From the NCBI GenBank assembly GCA_009839745.1, contig VXPE01000079.1:44762-108761 (forward strand): a stretch of DNA of 64,000 bases, in the 5' to 3' direction. This DNA is from Candidatus Poribacteria bacterium. GTDB lineage: Bacteria > Poribacteria > WGA-4E > WGA-3G. The notes under the pieces are model-generated. The model searched no databases. It worked only from the letters and a program-made list of their open reading frames with translations, and had not been told where the DNA came from. Below, one piece after another: positions 9,434-20,521 of this stretch (positions within the stretch are counted from its first letter, which is position 1; every line of letters starts with the position of its first letter). Position numbers and translations under genes: made by a program.

Positions 9434-10867
9434 ATGCCAATAGAGATTAACTGGCAATTACTGATGCCGGAGCTGATTATCACTTTAACACTGCTCATCG
9501 TCCTCGTTTTTGACCTGTTCGACTCTATTTCAAAAGCGATTCTCGGCTGGATGACGATCGTTGGCGCTGGAATTGCACTATGGGTCTCTATCCAGATGCA
9601 CCAAGCAGGCACTGTGGGCACCCAGTTCAACGACATGTTTAAGGTGGATAATTTCTCCCTCTTCTTCAACATCATTTTCCTTGTTTCGACGATTTTGGTC
9701 GCTTTGATTTCGATGAGTTATTTGAGCAGGGATGACAGAAAACAGGGACCTTACTACCTACTGATTCTGCTGGCGACCCTCGGTATGATGTTGATGGCTG
9801 CGGGCAATGAGTTGATTATTGTCTTCCTCGGATTGGAACTGATGTCGTTATCGTTGTATGTGTTGGCAGGCTACTTTCGAGATAATCCTGCGTCAAGCGA
9901 AGCGGGCATGAAATACCTGTTGCTCGGCGCGTTTGCCAGTGCATTTTTCCTTTACGGGATCGCTCTGATTTACGGGGGGGCAGGAACGACGAATGTCCCC
10001 GCGATCGCTGAGGCAATTACTGCCCCGAATAAATCGCCACTGTTGTTAGCAGGCATGTTCCTTCTGATCGTTGGATTTGGGTTTAAGGTCGCTATTGTTC
10101 CGTTCCACCAATGGGCACCCGATGTTTACGAAGGCGCGCCCACAACGATAGCCGCGTTTATCTCTGCCGGACCAAAGGCGGCAGGGTTCGCAGCCTTCCT
10201 CAGAATTTTCATGGAAGCCCTACCAAGCCTGCAAGTCGAGTGGAGTAGCGTTGTGATTGTATTGGCGATGTTAACGATGACTGTCGGAAATGTCATTGCC
10301 ATTGCGCAGACGAGCATCAAGCGGATGCTCGCTTATTCAAGTATTGCCCATGCGGGTTACGTGCTCATCGGTTTGGCGGCTGCAAATAACGACGGAATTT
10401 CGAGTGCGATGCTTTATCTACTCGTTTATTGTGTCATGAACATCGGTGCGTTCGGTGCGGTCATCTTGGCGAAAACAGAGGACGGCGAGAGTCTCATGAT
10501 TTCCGATTACGCCGGACTCGGTCTCCGAAAACCGTTACTTGCTATGTTTATGACGATTATGCTTTTATCACTCGCCGGTTTTCCACCGACTGCCGGGTTC
10601 GTCGGAAAATTCTATGTCTTCAAATCCGCAGTTCAGGCAGGGCATATCTGGCTTGTTATCGTGGGTGCCATCAATACAGCGATATCGGCGTTCTACTATC
10701 TCCGTGTTGTTGTCACGATGTATATGCGTGAACCCGAAGAGGAACTGAGCTTTACCGCATACCCAAGCACACTTGTTGTTGGGTTAATCCTCGCAGCGAT
10801 TGGCGTATTACTCATAGGTGTTCTGCCATCGCTCATGCTCACGCCAGCACAGAATTCCGTTTTTTAA
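9434..10867 (+). CDS. nuoN: NADH-quinone oxidoreductase subunit N
   Basis: ND2-type subunit. AAGGAG RBS. Preceded by the second copy of the conserved hairpin element (9337-9362). Confidence 0.9.
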   Translation: MPIEINWQLLMPELIITLTLLIVLVFDLFDSISKAILGWMTIVGAGIALWVSIQMHQAGTVGTQFNDMFKVDNFSLFFNIIFLVSTILVALISMSYLSRDDRKQGPYYLLILLATLGMMLMAAGNELIIVFLGLELMSLSLYVLAGYFRDNPASSEAGMKYLLLGAFASAFFLYGIALIYGGAGTTNVPAIAEAITAPNKSPLLLAGMFLLIVGFGFKVAIVPFHQWAPDVYEGAPTTIAAFISAGPKAAGFAAFLRIFMEALPSLQVEWSSVVIVLAMLTMTVGNVIAIAQTSIKRMLAYSSIAHAGYVLIGLAAANNDGISSAMLYLLVYCVMNIGAFGAVILAKTEDGESLMISDYAGLGLRKPLLAMFMTIMLLSLAGFPPTAGFVGKFYVFKSAVQAGHIWLVIVGAINTAISAFYYLRVVVTMYMREPEEELSFTAYPSTLVVGLILAAIGVLLIGVLPSLMLTPAQNSVF

Positions 10868-10907
10868 TGCCTATCGGCTATCAGTTAAACACACATCACA
10901 AACTGTA

Positions 10908-10937
10908 GGGGCAGGTCTTGTGCCTGCCCAATATTTT
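10908..10937 (+). terminator. Rho-independent terminator after nuoN (GGGGCAGG-TCTTGTG-CCTGCCC + AATATTTT)
   Basis: Perfect 7-8 bp GC-rich stem, 7-nt loop, U-rich tail, located 40 nt after the nuoN stop. Confidence 0.55.
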
Positions 10938-11069
10938 CTAATAAACCGTTCGTTTCTCAACATTTCATAGCATCCGAAACGTAGCCTGTAATGAAATGGA
11001 AGGCGGCGTTACGTAAGGAAACATCAAAGTCCCGAACGACTTCATCGAACCGCAAGGAAACTTAAAAAA

Positions 11070-12038
11070 ATGTCAGACGTTAGGTTAGGTTTTATCGGCA
11101 CGGGTGGCAACATGAACCGTCACCTACGTGAATTAACCGAAATTGGCGGCACAAAATTCGTCGCCTTCTGTGATATTGTCATTGAGAAAGCGGAGCAGGC
11201 TGTTGCCCAATACGGTGGTAAAGCCTACGCAGACTATAATCAAATGCTCGCGAGCGAGGAATTGGATGCCGTTTATGTTTCAATTCCGCCGTTTGCCCAT
11301 GGTGCCCCTGAGCGTGCTGTCATTGCTGCTGGACTGCCGATGTTTGTAGAGAAGCCAGTGCACATGGACACCAGTGAAGCGAAAGAGATCGCAGCTGAAG
11401 TCGAAGAAAAAGGGATCATCACCGCGACCGGGTATCAGGAACGGTATCTTGATATTATCGATAAGGCACAAGAACTTCTCGCTTCTCGACGCGTCGGATT
11501 TTTCATGGGATATTGGATGGGTGGTATGCCTGGTGGATGGTGGCGCGAGAAGGCGAAATCCGGGGGGCAGCTCATGGAACAGACGACACACGAATTTGAT
11601 ATGGCGAGATACCTCTTCGGTGAAGTCAAAACCGTCTATGCTGTCGCACGCAACGATATGATCCCGAATACCGATTACGATATTGAGGAAGCCTCCGCTG
11701 TCTCATTACACTTCGAGAGTGGTGTCTTCGGTGTTATGTTTTCCGCCTGCTTTACAACGAACGGGATGCGGCGTTCCGGTTTAGACATCTTCTGTGAGGA
11801 CGGTTCGCTCGAATACCATCTCCGTAGCGCGTTGGTGCTCTCTACTGCTGATGAGACAACCACGTGGAATCCACAAAACAATTGCACAATTGATATGGAC
11901 AGCACTTTTATTCAAGCAGTCCGCACAGGCGATGGCAGCGCAATCCGATCCCCTTATCCCGATGCCGCCAAAACCGCTATTTTATCTATCGCTGCCAACG
12001 AATCCCTTGAAACGGGGCTACCTGTCCACTTAGGCTAA
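11070..12038 (+). CDS. Gfo/Idh/MocA family NAD(P)-dependent oxidoreductase
   Basis: N-terminal Rossmann motif LGFIGTGGNMNRH and EKP motif (MFVEKPV) typical of the family. Confidence 0.85.
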   Translation: MSDVRLGFIGTGGNMNRHLRELTEIGGTKFVAFCDIVIEKAEQAVAQYGGKAYADYNQMLASEELDAVYVSIPPFAHGAPERAVIAAGLPMFVEKPVHMDTSEAKEIAAEVEEKGIITATGYQERYLDIIDKAQELLASRRVGFFMGYWMGGMPGGWWREKAKSGGQLMEQTTHEFDMARYLFGEVKTVYAVARNDMIPNTDYDIEEASAVSLHFESGVFGVMFSACFTTNGMRRSGLDIFCEDGSLEYHLRSALVLSTADETTTWNPQNNCTIDMDSTFIQAVRTGDGSAIRSPYPDAAKTAILSIAANESLETGLPVHLG

Positions 12039-12136
12039 CTGAGAGACTTTTGCTTATTATATCCCTTCCTTGCATCTCTTGCCCGCGATGTGCTAAAATT
12101 GATAAAGAAACGCCAGTTCGATTAAGCAGCAGCTAA

Positions 12137-14371
12137 TTGAAAAAAATGGAACATCAGATTAATCTACCCATCACTGGGATGCACTGCGAAAACTGTACAA
12201 GCACCATCACACGACATCTGAAAAAGATGGATGGTGTCCTTGCCGCAGAAGTTAGCCTCGCCACTGAATATGCGGCGGTTACCTTTGATGCGTCCACGCT
12301 CAGCGAGGAAACCATCGTCGATAAGATCCGAGATCTCGGTTTTGACGTTGTCGATGAAGGTGAAGAAGACACTGCCCGCGCTGCGGAATTCCAACGGCAA
12401 AAGAGGCAATTCACTGTCGGGATCATCTTCACGCTTCCACTCTTTCTCCTCAGTATGGGTAGAGATATGAATCTGTTAGGTGCGTGGGCATCAGCAGGCT
12501 GGGTTAACTGGTTCATGTTTGGCTTAGCATTACCGGTGCAGGGTTACGTTGCTTGGGACTATTACATCGGTGGTTTTAAAGCCTTGCGCCACGGATCCGC
12601 CAATATGGATGTCCTCGTCGCTATGGGTTCATCCGTAGCGTTCCTCTATAGCCTCGTTGTAACGATTGCATTGGGGATGGACGCAGGGACACGCTTTGGA
12701 ACCCACGTCTATTTTGAGACAGCCGCGGTTATCATTACGTTGATTAAGTTAGGGAAACTGATCGAAGCCCGCGCCAAAGGTAAGATAAACGCAGCCCTCA
12801 AAAAGCTCCCTCAACTGTCCCCCCAAATCGCGTGTCGCCTAAAAAACGGCGAAGAACAACACATCCCTATTGAACAGGTCGGCATAGGCGATGTCCTTCT
12901 CGTACGTCCCGGCGAAAGTATTCCTGTTGATGGTGTGGTGCGGAGCGGCAAAAGTGCCATTGATGAAAGCGTCTTCACCGGAGAAAGCCTGCCCGTGGAT
13001 AAGGGACCCGGCGACCCTGTGACCGCAGCAACGATGAATCAGAGCGGAATGCTTACAATGGAAGCCACGCATATCGGCGCAGAAACGGCACTTGCGCGTC
13101 TTGTCCAATTGGTCCAAACAACCCAACAGAGTAAACCACCCATCCAACGCGCCGCCGATGCGGTCACAAACGTGTTTGTGCCTATTGTCTCTGGGGTCGC
13201 CATTGTGACGTTTCTTGTGTGGTGGTTCCTCCTCGGAGAAGGCTTCACCCCAGCAATGCTCCGTTTAGTTGCGATCCTTGTCACAGCCTGCCCATGTGCG
13301 TTGGGACTCGCCACCCCAACCGCCGTTATGATGGGGACGGGTATCGGCGCACAGCGCGGCATCCTCTTCCGAAACGGCGAAGCACTCGAACGCGCGGGAG
13401 ACTTAACCACAATTGTCCTCGACAAAACAGGCACCTTGACAGAAGGGAAACTCAGGCTTACCGATATTCTCACGGATACAGACGCATCAGAACTCCTACA
13501 ACTATGTGCCGCCGCGGAGCGTGGCAGCGAACATCCCATCGGAAGGGCAGTTGTCCAAGCAGCTAAGGAACGTGGACTGGATATCACTACACCGAGCCAG
13601 TTTGAAGCCGTCACTGGGCACGGTATCACCGCACGGGTCGGTGAAAACAGCGTCATCATCGGCAATTTATCCTTAATTCAACAGCACAGCATTTCGACAA
13701 GGAGATTTGAAGAAGACGCAGCGCGTCTGCAGACCGAGGCGAAAACCGTCCTATGGGTCGCCATTGATGAGCAGGTTGCTGGACTTCTGGCGGTGGCGGA
13801 CACCTTGAAATCGGAAGCGCACGCTGCAGTCTCGGAACTCTACGAACTTGGATGTACTGTGGTAATGATGACTGGGGACAACCGCGTTACGGCTGATGTG
13901 ATCGCCAAGGCGGCGCGGATTGGCGATGTCATGGCAGAACTCAAACCCGAAGATAAAGCAGCCGCCGTTAAGCAGTTACAGGCGGAAAATGGTGGACTCG
14001 TCGCGATGGTAGGTGACGGTATCAACGATACCCCCGCATTGGCACAAGCCGATATCGGTATCTCCCTCGGCACCGGCACCGATATTGCCAGGGAGACAGC
14101 AGACGTGACGCTCATGCACAGCGATTTGCGTGGACTCCCCGATGCGATTCGGCTCAGCCGTGTGACGATGCGCACCATTAAACAGAACCTGTTCTGGGCG
14201 TTCTTCTACAATGTGCTTCTCATTCCTGTTGCAGCGGGTGCACTGTATCCACTCTCTTTTGTGCCGATGATGTTTCGGGAGTTACACCCGATGCTTGCAG
14301 CGTTCGCGATGGCGTTTAGCAGTGTATCTGTTGTGCTAAACAGCCTGCGTCTGCAATGGAAAAAGACATGA
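12137..14371 (+). CDS. copA: Copper-translocating P1B-type ATPase
   Basis: N-terminal HMA domain with GMHCENC. CPC motif (ACPCALG), DKTGTLT phosphorylation site and [10 protein letters not shown] hinge. Confidence 0.9.
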   Translation: MKKMEHQINLPITGMHCENCTSTITRHLKKMDGVLAAEVSLATEYAAVTFDASTLSEETIVDKIRDLGFDVVDEGEEDTARAAEFQRQKRQFTVGIIFTLPLFLLSMGRDMNLLGAWASAGWVNWFMFGLALPVQGYVAWDYYIGGFKALRHGSANMDVLVAMGSSVAFLYSLVVTIALGMDAGTRFGTHVYFETAAVIITLIKLGKLIEARAKGKINAALKKLPQLSPQIACRLKNGEEQHIPIEQVGIGDVLLVRPGESIPVDGVVRSGKSAIDESVFTGESLPVDKGPGDPVTAATMNQSGMLTMEATHIGAETALARLVQLVQTTQQSKPPIQRAADAVTNVFVPIVSGVAIVTFLVWWFLLGEGFTPAMLRLVAILVTACPCALGLATPTAVMMGTGIGAQRGILFRNGEALERAGDLTTIVLDKTGTLTEGKLRLTDILTDTDASELLQLCAAAERGSEHPIGRAVVQAAKERGLDITTPSQFEAVTGHGITARVGENSVIIGNLSLIQQHSISTRRFEEDAARLQTEAKTVLWVAIDEQVAGLLAVADTLKSEAHAAVSELYELGCTVVMMTGDNRVTADVIAKAARIGDVMAELKPEDKAAAVKQLQAENGGLVAMVGDGINDTPALAQADIGISLGTGTDIARETADVTLMHSDLRGLPDAIRLSRVTMRTIKQNLFWAFFYNVLLIPVAAGALYPLSFVPMMFRELHPMLAAFAMAFSSVSVVLNSLRLQWKKT

Positions 14372-17300
14372 CATCTAATATCACTTACGGCACAATAGTT
14401 GAAGGTCCTCTATGGTCCGAGCCTGTTCAAGTTTTGGCTTACCATCCACTTCCTGATGGCGGTTTCCATATTGTCGGCACCCTTGCAAATTCGCAAGCAC
14501 CTATCAACGAGGAGATCACGGCAATAGAGGCGGGTGAATTACAGATTGCTCGGTCAGAAGTGAATTTTACCGGCAATGCGCGCCATGCTTTTCTCAGTCT
14601 TGAAGCGAAACGGTACCGATATGCAGCCCTTTACAATCCTACCTTCGCTATTAGTATCTCCAAAGTAGATCCACTGCCGCATCAAATTGAAGCCGTGTGG
14701 CAGGTTCTTAAGCAGACGCGTATCCGTTTCCTCATTGCTGATGATCCCGGGGCTGGTAAAACAATTATGGCAGGCCTCATAGCGAAGGAACTCAAACTCC
14801 GAAACCAGGTCAAACGTATACTGATTGTTGCCCCTGGACACCTAATCACACAATGGACCGAGGAGATGAACATACGATTTGAGGAGAATTTCATACATGT
14901 CACACGTGCCCTCGTCAACACCCATCCATACGAAAACGTCTGGAGTCGAGAACAACAACTAATCACCTCTATAGATTTTGCCCGACAGGATGAAATCCGC
15001 GGAGCAATCGCTAATACCCATTTCGACCTGGTTATTGTTGATGAAGCACATAAAATGGCGGCCTACCAATATGGAGATAAAGTTGAAAAAACCAAAAGGT
15101 ATCAGTTAGGTGAATGCCTCTCTAACTGCACGACACATCTTCTTTTTCTTACAGCAACACCGCATAGAGGAGACTCTGAGAACTTCCGACTCTTCCTTGA
15201 CCTCCTTGAACCCGGTTTTTTTGCAGACCCGATCCAAATCCAGGAATCGATTAAGAAAAACGACAATCCACTTTTCATCCGACGTGTGAAGGAAGACCTC
15301 AAAGATTTTGATGGGAAAAAACTATTCCTACCACGCCACGTTCAGACAAAGCCATTTCGTCTCGGTGCGGAATCCGAAAGTGAAATGGAGCTCTATAACG
15401 AGCTTTCCGAGTACATTCGTGAGCAATATAACAGGTTTTCCGAAAATTCACAGAAGCGACACAATATCGCATTCGCACTTGTCATCTTGCAGCGGCGACT
15501 TGCATCCAGCACCTACGCTCTGTCCGTTTCCCTCAAACGCCGACAACAACGTCTTAAAGAATTGCTGCAGAATGCCACACTCCACACGGACACTATTCCC
15601 ACTGAGCAGCAGCGTGATGAAGTAGAAGATCTCGGTGAAACCGAACGTTGGGAGCGCGAAGAACAGTGGGAGGTCCTCTCTGTTGCCGAAAATAGAGATG
15701 AGTTAAAAAATGAAATTGAGACCCTTAAACACCTTGAGCGGAAAGCAGAACGTATTATTGAAAGTGAAAGTGAAATTAAATTACAAGAACTCAACAAAGC
15801 ACTTGATGAATTAAACGCACGATATCCAAATCAAAAGATTCTTATCTTTACTGAATACTTTGATACGTTAGATTACTTGGAGCAGAAAGTAAAAGAATGG
15901 GGATTTTTCGTATCGACTATTCATGGAAAGATGCCGCATGAAAAACGGGTGGAGGTCCAACACACCTTCGAGAATGAAACACAGATCCTTATTGCAACGG
16001 AAGCCGCAGGTGAAGGTATAAACCTCCAATTCTGCCATTTGATGATTAATTACGACCTACCGTGGAATCCGAATCGTCTTGAACAGCGGATGGGACGGAT
16101 TCATCGCTATGGTCAAAAAAAAGAGGTTCACGTTATCAACCTTGTAGCTTCCGATACGCGGGAAGGGGCTGTCTTCACCCGTCTCTTTGACAAACTTGAT
16201 ACCATTCGGAGCGAACTCGGAACTGATCGCGTCTATGATGTTATTGGAGAACTTTTTCCCCAACGAAATCTGGCACAACTTATGCTTGGAGCCGCAGCAA
16301 ACACACGTGACCATACTCAACTTCTTCAGGAAATTGACACCGCCCTTGGTTCGGAGCAGTTAGATTTTTTTAAAAATTTCAACGAAGATACACTTGTCTC
16401 ACCTTATATCAATCTGCCTCAGGTGAGCGAACTCCAGCAACGACTGCGTGAGCATGGGCTTATCCCGGAGTATACACGCGAGTTCTTTCGGAAAACCTTT
16501 GAAACCCTCAATAGCACACTTCGCTCGCGCAAAGATGAGTTTTTCAGAATTGATCGCATCCCAATTCAAATAACAAGAATTAGTCAGGATACCCAATTCA
16601 AGCAGATGTACCCATCGTTAACACGCAAAAACTATCCGAAAGTAACATTTGATAAAGCCCATACAGCCACGGATTCAACGGTTGAATTCATCTCTTTCGG
16701 TCACTCGCTCTTTGAGGCGGTTCTCCACTATGTAGAAAAGGAATACACCGAGGATTTAAAAACAGGTGCCTGTTTCTCAGATCCAGATGGCAGATTCAAC
16801 GGCATTATCGCTTTCTATGAAGGTGAAATCCGAGATGGAACAGATACAACTGCAGGGAAACAACTTTTTGCTTTCTACCTGCCTCAAGATTCGGAGTCCA
16901 TGGAACAGATTAATCCGACAGTACTCTGGGATTTCCAAGAAGCGTCCCCAACATTAGAACCGATACAGATACAGGAACTTGAAGATAAGATAAGCGGGCA
17001 AGTACGCCTGCGTTTAGATGAATATAAGAAGGAACTTACTGAAGAACGGAAAAGACAAGTAGACATCAAAAGGAAATACGGCATCACCTCATTAGAGAGG
17101 CTCATCTTGAATCTGGATAGTGAGTTACTGGACCTCGCCATTAAAAGCGACAATGGAGAAGATGTCAAACGGCTGGTCCAAAACAAGACAGAACAAAAGG
17201 ATCGCTATGAGGATGAAATGAAGAAGTTAGAGCAATCCTGTCAGCGAGAAGTTACACTTGTTAGAAAGCCACCTGTCTTTACTGGAGCCATTCGTATCCG

Positions 17301-17718
17301 CCCTGCTATGGAGGGCGATGAGACAGAAACACCAATACACAATAGGTTGGAAATTGAACAAATTGGCATGCAGCATGCCATCCACCATGAAGAAGCACAA
17401 GGCTGTGTTGTAGAGGATGTCTCAGCAGAGAGTCTCGGTTTCGATCTGCGATCAAAAACACAAGATGGTAAAATTCGATGCATTGAGGTTAAAGCTCGGT
17501 CCGACCGTGCCCCCGTGGTTCTCACCTCTAACGAATGGTTCAGAGCAAAACAACTCAAAAATGACTATTTTCTCTATGTTGTCCTCAACGCTGCAACACA
17601 TCCTGAATCTTATATTATCCAAAACCCTGCAAGCCAGATAAGTGCCGTTCGACAGATTACAGAGGTAAGGTATCAGGTGCCGCTTTCGGAGATAACAAAA
17701 CGTCGCGAACCAGTTTAG
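14356..17718 (+). CDS. SNF2-family helicase with C-terminal DUF3883 (restriction-endonuclease-like) domain; probable start at ATG 14368 overlapping the copA stop
   Basis: SNF2_N motifs (DDPGAGKT Walker [18 protein letters not shown]) and Helicase_C motifs ([21 protein letters not shown]). C-terminal D...IEVK...YFLYVVLNA matches the DUF3883/PD-(D/E)xK pattern. Confidence 0.85.
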   Translation: MEKDMTSNITYGTIVEGPLWSEPVQVLAYHPLPDGGFHIVGTLANSQAPINEEITAIEAGELQIARSEVNFTGNARHAFLSLEAKRYRYAALYNPTFAISISKVDPLPHQIEAVWQVLKQTRIRFLIADDPGAGKTIMAGLIAKELKLRNQVKRILIVAPGHLITQWTEEMNIRFEENFIHVTRALVNTHPYENVWSREQQLITSIDFARQDEIRGAIANTHFDLVIVDEAHKMAAYQYGDKVEKTKRYQLGECLSNCTTHLLFLTATPHRGDSENFRLFLDLLEPGFFADPIQIQESIKKNDNPLFIRRVKEDLKDFDGKKLFLPRHVQTKPFRLGAESESEMELYNELSEYIREQYNRFSENSQKRHNIAFALVILQRRLASSTYALSVSLKRRQQRLKELLQNATLHTDTIPTEQQRDEVEDLGETERWEREEQWEVLSVAENRDELKNEIETLKHLERKAERIIESESEIKLQELNKALDELNARYPNQKILIFTEYFDTLDYLEQKVKEWGFFVSTIHGKMPHEKRVEVQHTFENETQILIATEAAGEGINLQFCHLMINYDLPWNPNRLEQRMGRIHRYGQKKEVHVINLVASDTREGAVFTRLFDKLDTIRSELGTDRVYDVIGELFPQRNLAQLMLGAAANTRDHTQLLQEIDTALGSEQLDFFKNFNEDTLVSPYINLPQVSELQQRLREHGLIPEYTREFFRKTFETLNSTLRSRKDEFFRIDRIPIQITRISQDTQFKQMYPSLTRKNYPKVTFDKAHTATDSTVEFISFGHSLFEAVLHYVEKEYTEDLKTGACFSDPDGRFNGIIAFYEGEIRDGTDTTAGKQLFAFYLPQDSESMEQINPTVLWDFQEASPTLEPIQIQELEDKISGQVRLRLDEYKKELTEERKRQVDIKRKYGITSLERLILNLDSELLDLAIKSDNGEDVKRLVQNKTEQKDRYEDEMKKLEQSCQREVTLVRKPPVFTGAIRIRPAMEGDETETPIHNRLEIEQIGMQHAIHHEEAQGCVVEDVSAESLGFDLRSKTQDGKIRCIEVKARSDRAPVVLTSNEWFRAKQLKNDYFLYVVLNAATHPESYIIQNPASQISAVRQITEVRYQVPLSEITKRREPV

Positions 17719-17882
17719 TTTCCTGTAACTCCCGTAGGTTGGGTTGAACAGATCCCCAAGATCAACGCTGTCCCACAGAAAATACGAGAACGCTCAAATA
17801 CACTCAATAGACAGCAAAACCAGTGAAACCCAACACTTGAGTTTGGACAAAAACTTCACATACCCTCTTTGAAAAAATCGAG

Positions 17883-17911
17883 TTGATGCTTTAAATTTAA
17901 CATGTTATAAT
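17883..17911 (+). promoter_or_regulatory. Near-consensus sigma70 promoter TTGATG-N17-TATAAT upstream of the TIR-like cassette
   Basis: -35 box at 17883-17888, 17-nt spacer, -10 TATAAT at 17906-17911. About 190-nt leader containing hairpin TCCCCC-TGATAA-GGGGGA (17965-17982). Confidence 0.45.
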
Positions 17912-18108
17912 AATCTAACATGAGTTTGATAAATACTGAGAGGCAGACGCATTCCCTCTTAAAGTCCCCCTGATAAGGGGGATTTAGGGGGTTAACTCCG
18001 TAAAAATAGCGTCTTTTTTCTTAAATGTACCTCTGTCTTGGTTTCTCGGACTTTTTTCAAACTGGCGTTAACCTAACATTAATTACATGAATAACATGGA
18101 AACTGCTA

Positions 18109-18534
18109 TTGGAGATCAGTATTGTGAAAACCTATAACCTTTTTATTAGTCATTCTTGGACCTATAGCGACGCGTACGAAAAATTGATTAATTTGTTAAC
18201 GAAAAGGTCATACTTTCCCTACCGTGATTATTCTGTTCCCAAAGATGATCCTCTACATACAAGTGGTACCGACAAAGCCCTTTATGCAGCGATAAAGAAA
18301 AAAGTAAGTCCTTGTAGTGTCGTATTGATATTAGCAGGCGTTTACGCAAGTTATAGCAAATGGATCGACAAAGAAATCCAAATGGCACAAACCGAATTTT
18401 TGTATCCTAAACCCATTCTTGCCATTGAATCGTGGGGCAGTGAAAAAACCTCTGTTAAAGTAAAAAATGCGGCAGATAAAATCGTTGGCTGGAACACAGA
18501 AAGCATTGTTTCCGGTATTCGGGAGTTGGCATAA
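18109..18534 (+). CDS. TIR-like domain protein (ThsB-like / DUF1863, MTH538 TIR-like fold); start may be GTG at about 18124
   Basis: LFISHSWTYSDAYEKL followed by CSVVLILAGVYASYSKWIDKEIQMA mirrors the ThsB pattern (VFFSFHY...TSVTCVLIGSQTFNRRWVRYEI). Lies in an AT-rich region. Confidence 0.65.
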   Translation: MEISIVKTYNLFISHSWTYSDAYEKLINLLTKRSYFPYRDYSVPKDDPLHTSGTDKALYAAIKKKVSPCSVVLILAGVYASYSKWIDKEIQMAQTEFLYPKPILAIESWGSEKTSVKVKNAADKIVGWNTESIVSGIRELA

Positions 18535-18536
18535 AC

Positions 18537-18974
18537 ATGGATGAAAAGCAGGAATTGTTAGAAATCTACAAACTCCACACGCAACTCGCAGACAATGTTA
18601 GCAATCGTCGTGCAACCGCGAACCGTTTTTATATACTGGTTTTGCCTGGGTTAGCAGTGCTTTTTTCCGCTTTCCTACAGCATGAAAACGGAGTACCACT
18701 CGGATGGCTTATGATAGGTTTCGGACTATTTGGTATGCTTTTAGCGGCAGCGTGGTATATTGTCATTCGCTCTTATCGCCAACTCAATTCTGGTAAATTT
18801 AAAGCGTTGCACGAATTGGAAGAAAAACTGGCTTATCCATTTTTTAAACGCGAATGGGAATTGCTTACGTTGTGTTTACATTCCATCATCAAAATCGTCC
18901 GGAAGTCAGTGCCTATCAGAATTTACGTCTATAGATCAAATGGATATTGCAGAACTATGGAAGCCTTGCCATGA
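18537..18974 (+). CDS. Small 2-TM protein, SLATT-like predicted membrane effector
   Basis: 145 aa. N-terminal helix, two hydrophobic helices (FYILVLPGLAVLFSAFL; LGWLMIGFGLFGMLLAAAWYIVI), then an amphipathic helix. The stop is 3 nt after the TIR-like gene start coupling; an overlapping alternative frame (18760-19008) leaves the 3' end uncertain. Confidence 0.45.
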   Translation: MDEKQELLEIYKLHTQLADNVSNRRATANRFYILVLPGLAVLFSAFLQHENGVPLGWLMIGFGLFGMLLAAAWYIVIRSYRQLNSGKFKALHELEEKLAYPFFKREWELLTLCLHSIIKIVRKSVPIRIYVYRSNGYCRTMEALP

Positions 18975-19218
18975 CTGGATCCGGAGCCACAATGTAAACA
19001 CTACCTAGTGAAGGAAAAGATTTCAAGAGTTATTGGAAACTGTCTGTTGTTGAGACCTTTATCCCTGGAATCTTTTTTTTCGTTTTTTTAGCATTGATGA
19101 TTGTTGGAATTTATTTGGAGATAATTGGTGCCGGCGGGACCCAATAAAAATTATCTGTCTTAATCACTTGATGAAGATTCACCTGATAGATCTAATTCTG
19201 AAAAAGGAGACCTAAACA

Positions 19219-19446
19219 ATGGCTCATGCAGTAAGTTATATTCCCTTCCATCGCGTGAGGAATTGGAAAGTGGGCGATAGGATCATCGTAGATGGAATTC
19301 CTGGGCAAATTCGTGATATTGCTGAATTTGAGAATCCCTCAGGAACCGGAGAGACAATTGCCTCCATCGGTGTCGTGTACGACAATGAACCCGGTGTAAT
19401 TAGACTTGTTGAGTATGATCGACACCAACTCAAACTTGAACGCTAA
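19219..19446 (+). CDS. Hypothetical 75-aa soluble protein
   Basis: AAGGAG RBS 8 nt upstream. No recognisable motif; lies within the AT-rich cassette. Confidence 0.4.
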   Translation: MAHAVSYIPFHRVRNWKVGDRIIVDGIPGQIRDIAEFENPSGTGETIASIGVVYDNEPGVIRLVEYDRHQLKLER

Positions 19447-19535
19447 CTACTATAAAAATCTGGAAAATCCTCAGCAAAAACCATTCACCATGGTAGGTTA
19501 GACAACCTTTTCACGATAATACATAAGGAATTAAG

Positions 19536-20417
19536 ATGGAACAACAGAACCAAGCGATATTGACGAGAGAGTTGTCTCAGCCGATTGCCGCTTGTGTTTT
19601 TTCTAAGGATGATTTGAAAAATCTTTGTGAAGTATTGCAAGAGTGGTCATTTAAAGCATCAGATGAGGAAATAAAACATTACAGTCCACTCAATCGAACA
19701 CCAGAACAATTTAGTGCAGATATTACAGCACTGAAGTCTGGTTTTGAACTAAAGGTGACTGTACAAGGAATAGATGATGAAAGGATTTATGGAACGATCT
19801 CAGATGTATTTAACTCTCCTCGTTTTCCTGATCAGGTTAAAACACTTTACATCAATAGTGAATCAGATTTAAGAAATTTGTACAATTGGTTCCCCAGAAA
19901 TCGATTTGAACTGTTATTAGATTTCACAAAACCCGAACTTTTCAATTTATCACTATTATCCTCCAGAGCTACACCAAACGCCAGCAACATAAATGTTTCT
20001 GGATTAGATTCCACGTGGGTTAGTGGTGTATATGGTGAAATCGCAAATTTTATTGAGAAAAATAGAACACGTCGCGGTTTTTTTCATAGACATAGCATTT
20101 ATGATTTGTTTCTTCTTCTCATAGGACTCCCGTTCGCTTTTTGGATGGCATACAAATTATCAGGACCGATAAACAGCATATTTGGTGAATTTTCTGTATT
20201 CGTTCAAAATGGAGCCTATGTTTGTCTGTTCTTCTTGATGTTACACTTACTCAAAATACTGTTTGACTATGCCAGATGGATTTTTCCCATTGTTGAGTAC
20301 AAAAGTTCAGCAGATAATGCAGGCAAACATAGATACATCTTGGGGGGTTTAATAATAGCGATTTTCGGGAATTTCCTTTACGATCTATTTAAATTTGCTG
20401 CTGCTCTAATCCCATAA
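19536..20417 (+). CDS. Hypothetical protein: about 170-aa soluble N-domain plus C-terminal 3-4 TM helices
   Basis: AT-rich ORF. C-terminal hydrophobic helices (LFLLLIGLPFAFWMAY; AYVCLFFLMLHLLKILF; ILGGLIIAIFGNFLYDLF). No recognised family. Confidence 0.45.
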   Translation: MEQQNQAILTRELSQPIAACVFSKDDLKNLCEVLQEWSFKASDEEIKHYSPLNRTPEQFSADITALKSGFELKVTVQGIDDERIYGTISDVFNSPRFPDQVKTLYINSESDLRNLYNWFPRNRFELLLDFTKPELFNLSLLSSRATPNASNINVSGLDSTWVSGVYGEIANFIEKNRTRRGFFHRHSIYDLFLLLIGLPFAFWMAYKLSGPINSIFGEFSVFVQNGAYVCLFFLMLHLLKILFDYARWIFPIVEYKSSADNAGKHRYILGGLIIAIFGNFLYDLFKFAAALIP

Positions 20418-20460
20418 ACTTAAGCTCCTTTTCCTAAAAATTCCTTGTTAAACAATAAAT

Positions 20461-20489
20461 TTGACAATTAAGTCGCTATCTGGTATCAT
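20461..20489 (+). promoter_or_regulatory. Sigma70-like promoter TTGACA-N17-TATCAT upstream of the methyltransferase
   Basis: Direct reading: -35 at 20461-20466, -10 at 20484-20489, about 32 nt before the start at 20522. Confidence 0.45.
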
Positions 20490-20521
20490 ATCCGCAATTT
20501 TGTGAATGAATGGATTTATAG

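Noticed and set aside
13039-13665. 208-aa reverse-strand ORF
   Set aside because: Antisense to the well-supported copA coding sequence; Ser/Ala/Arg/Pro-rich with no motifs.
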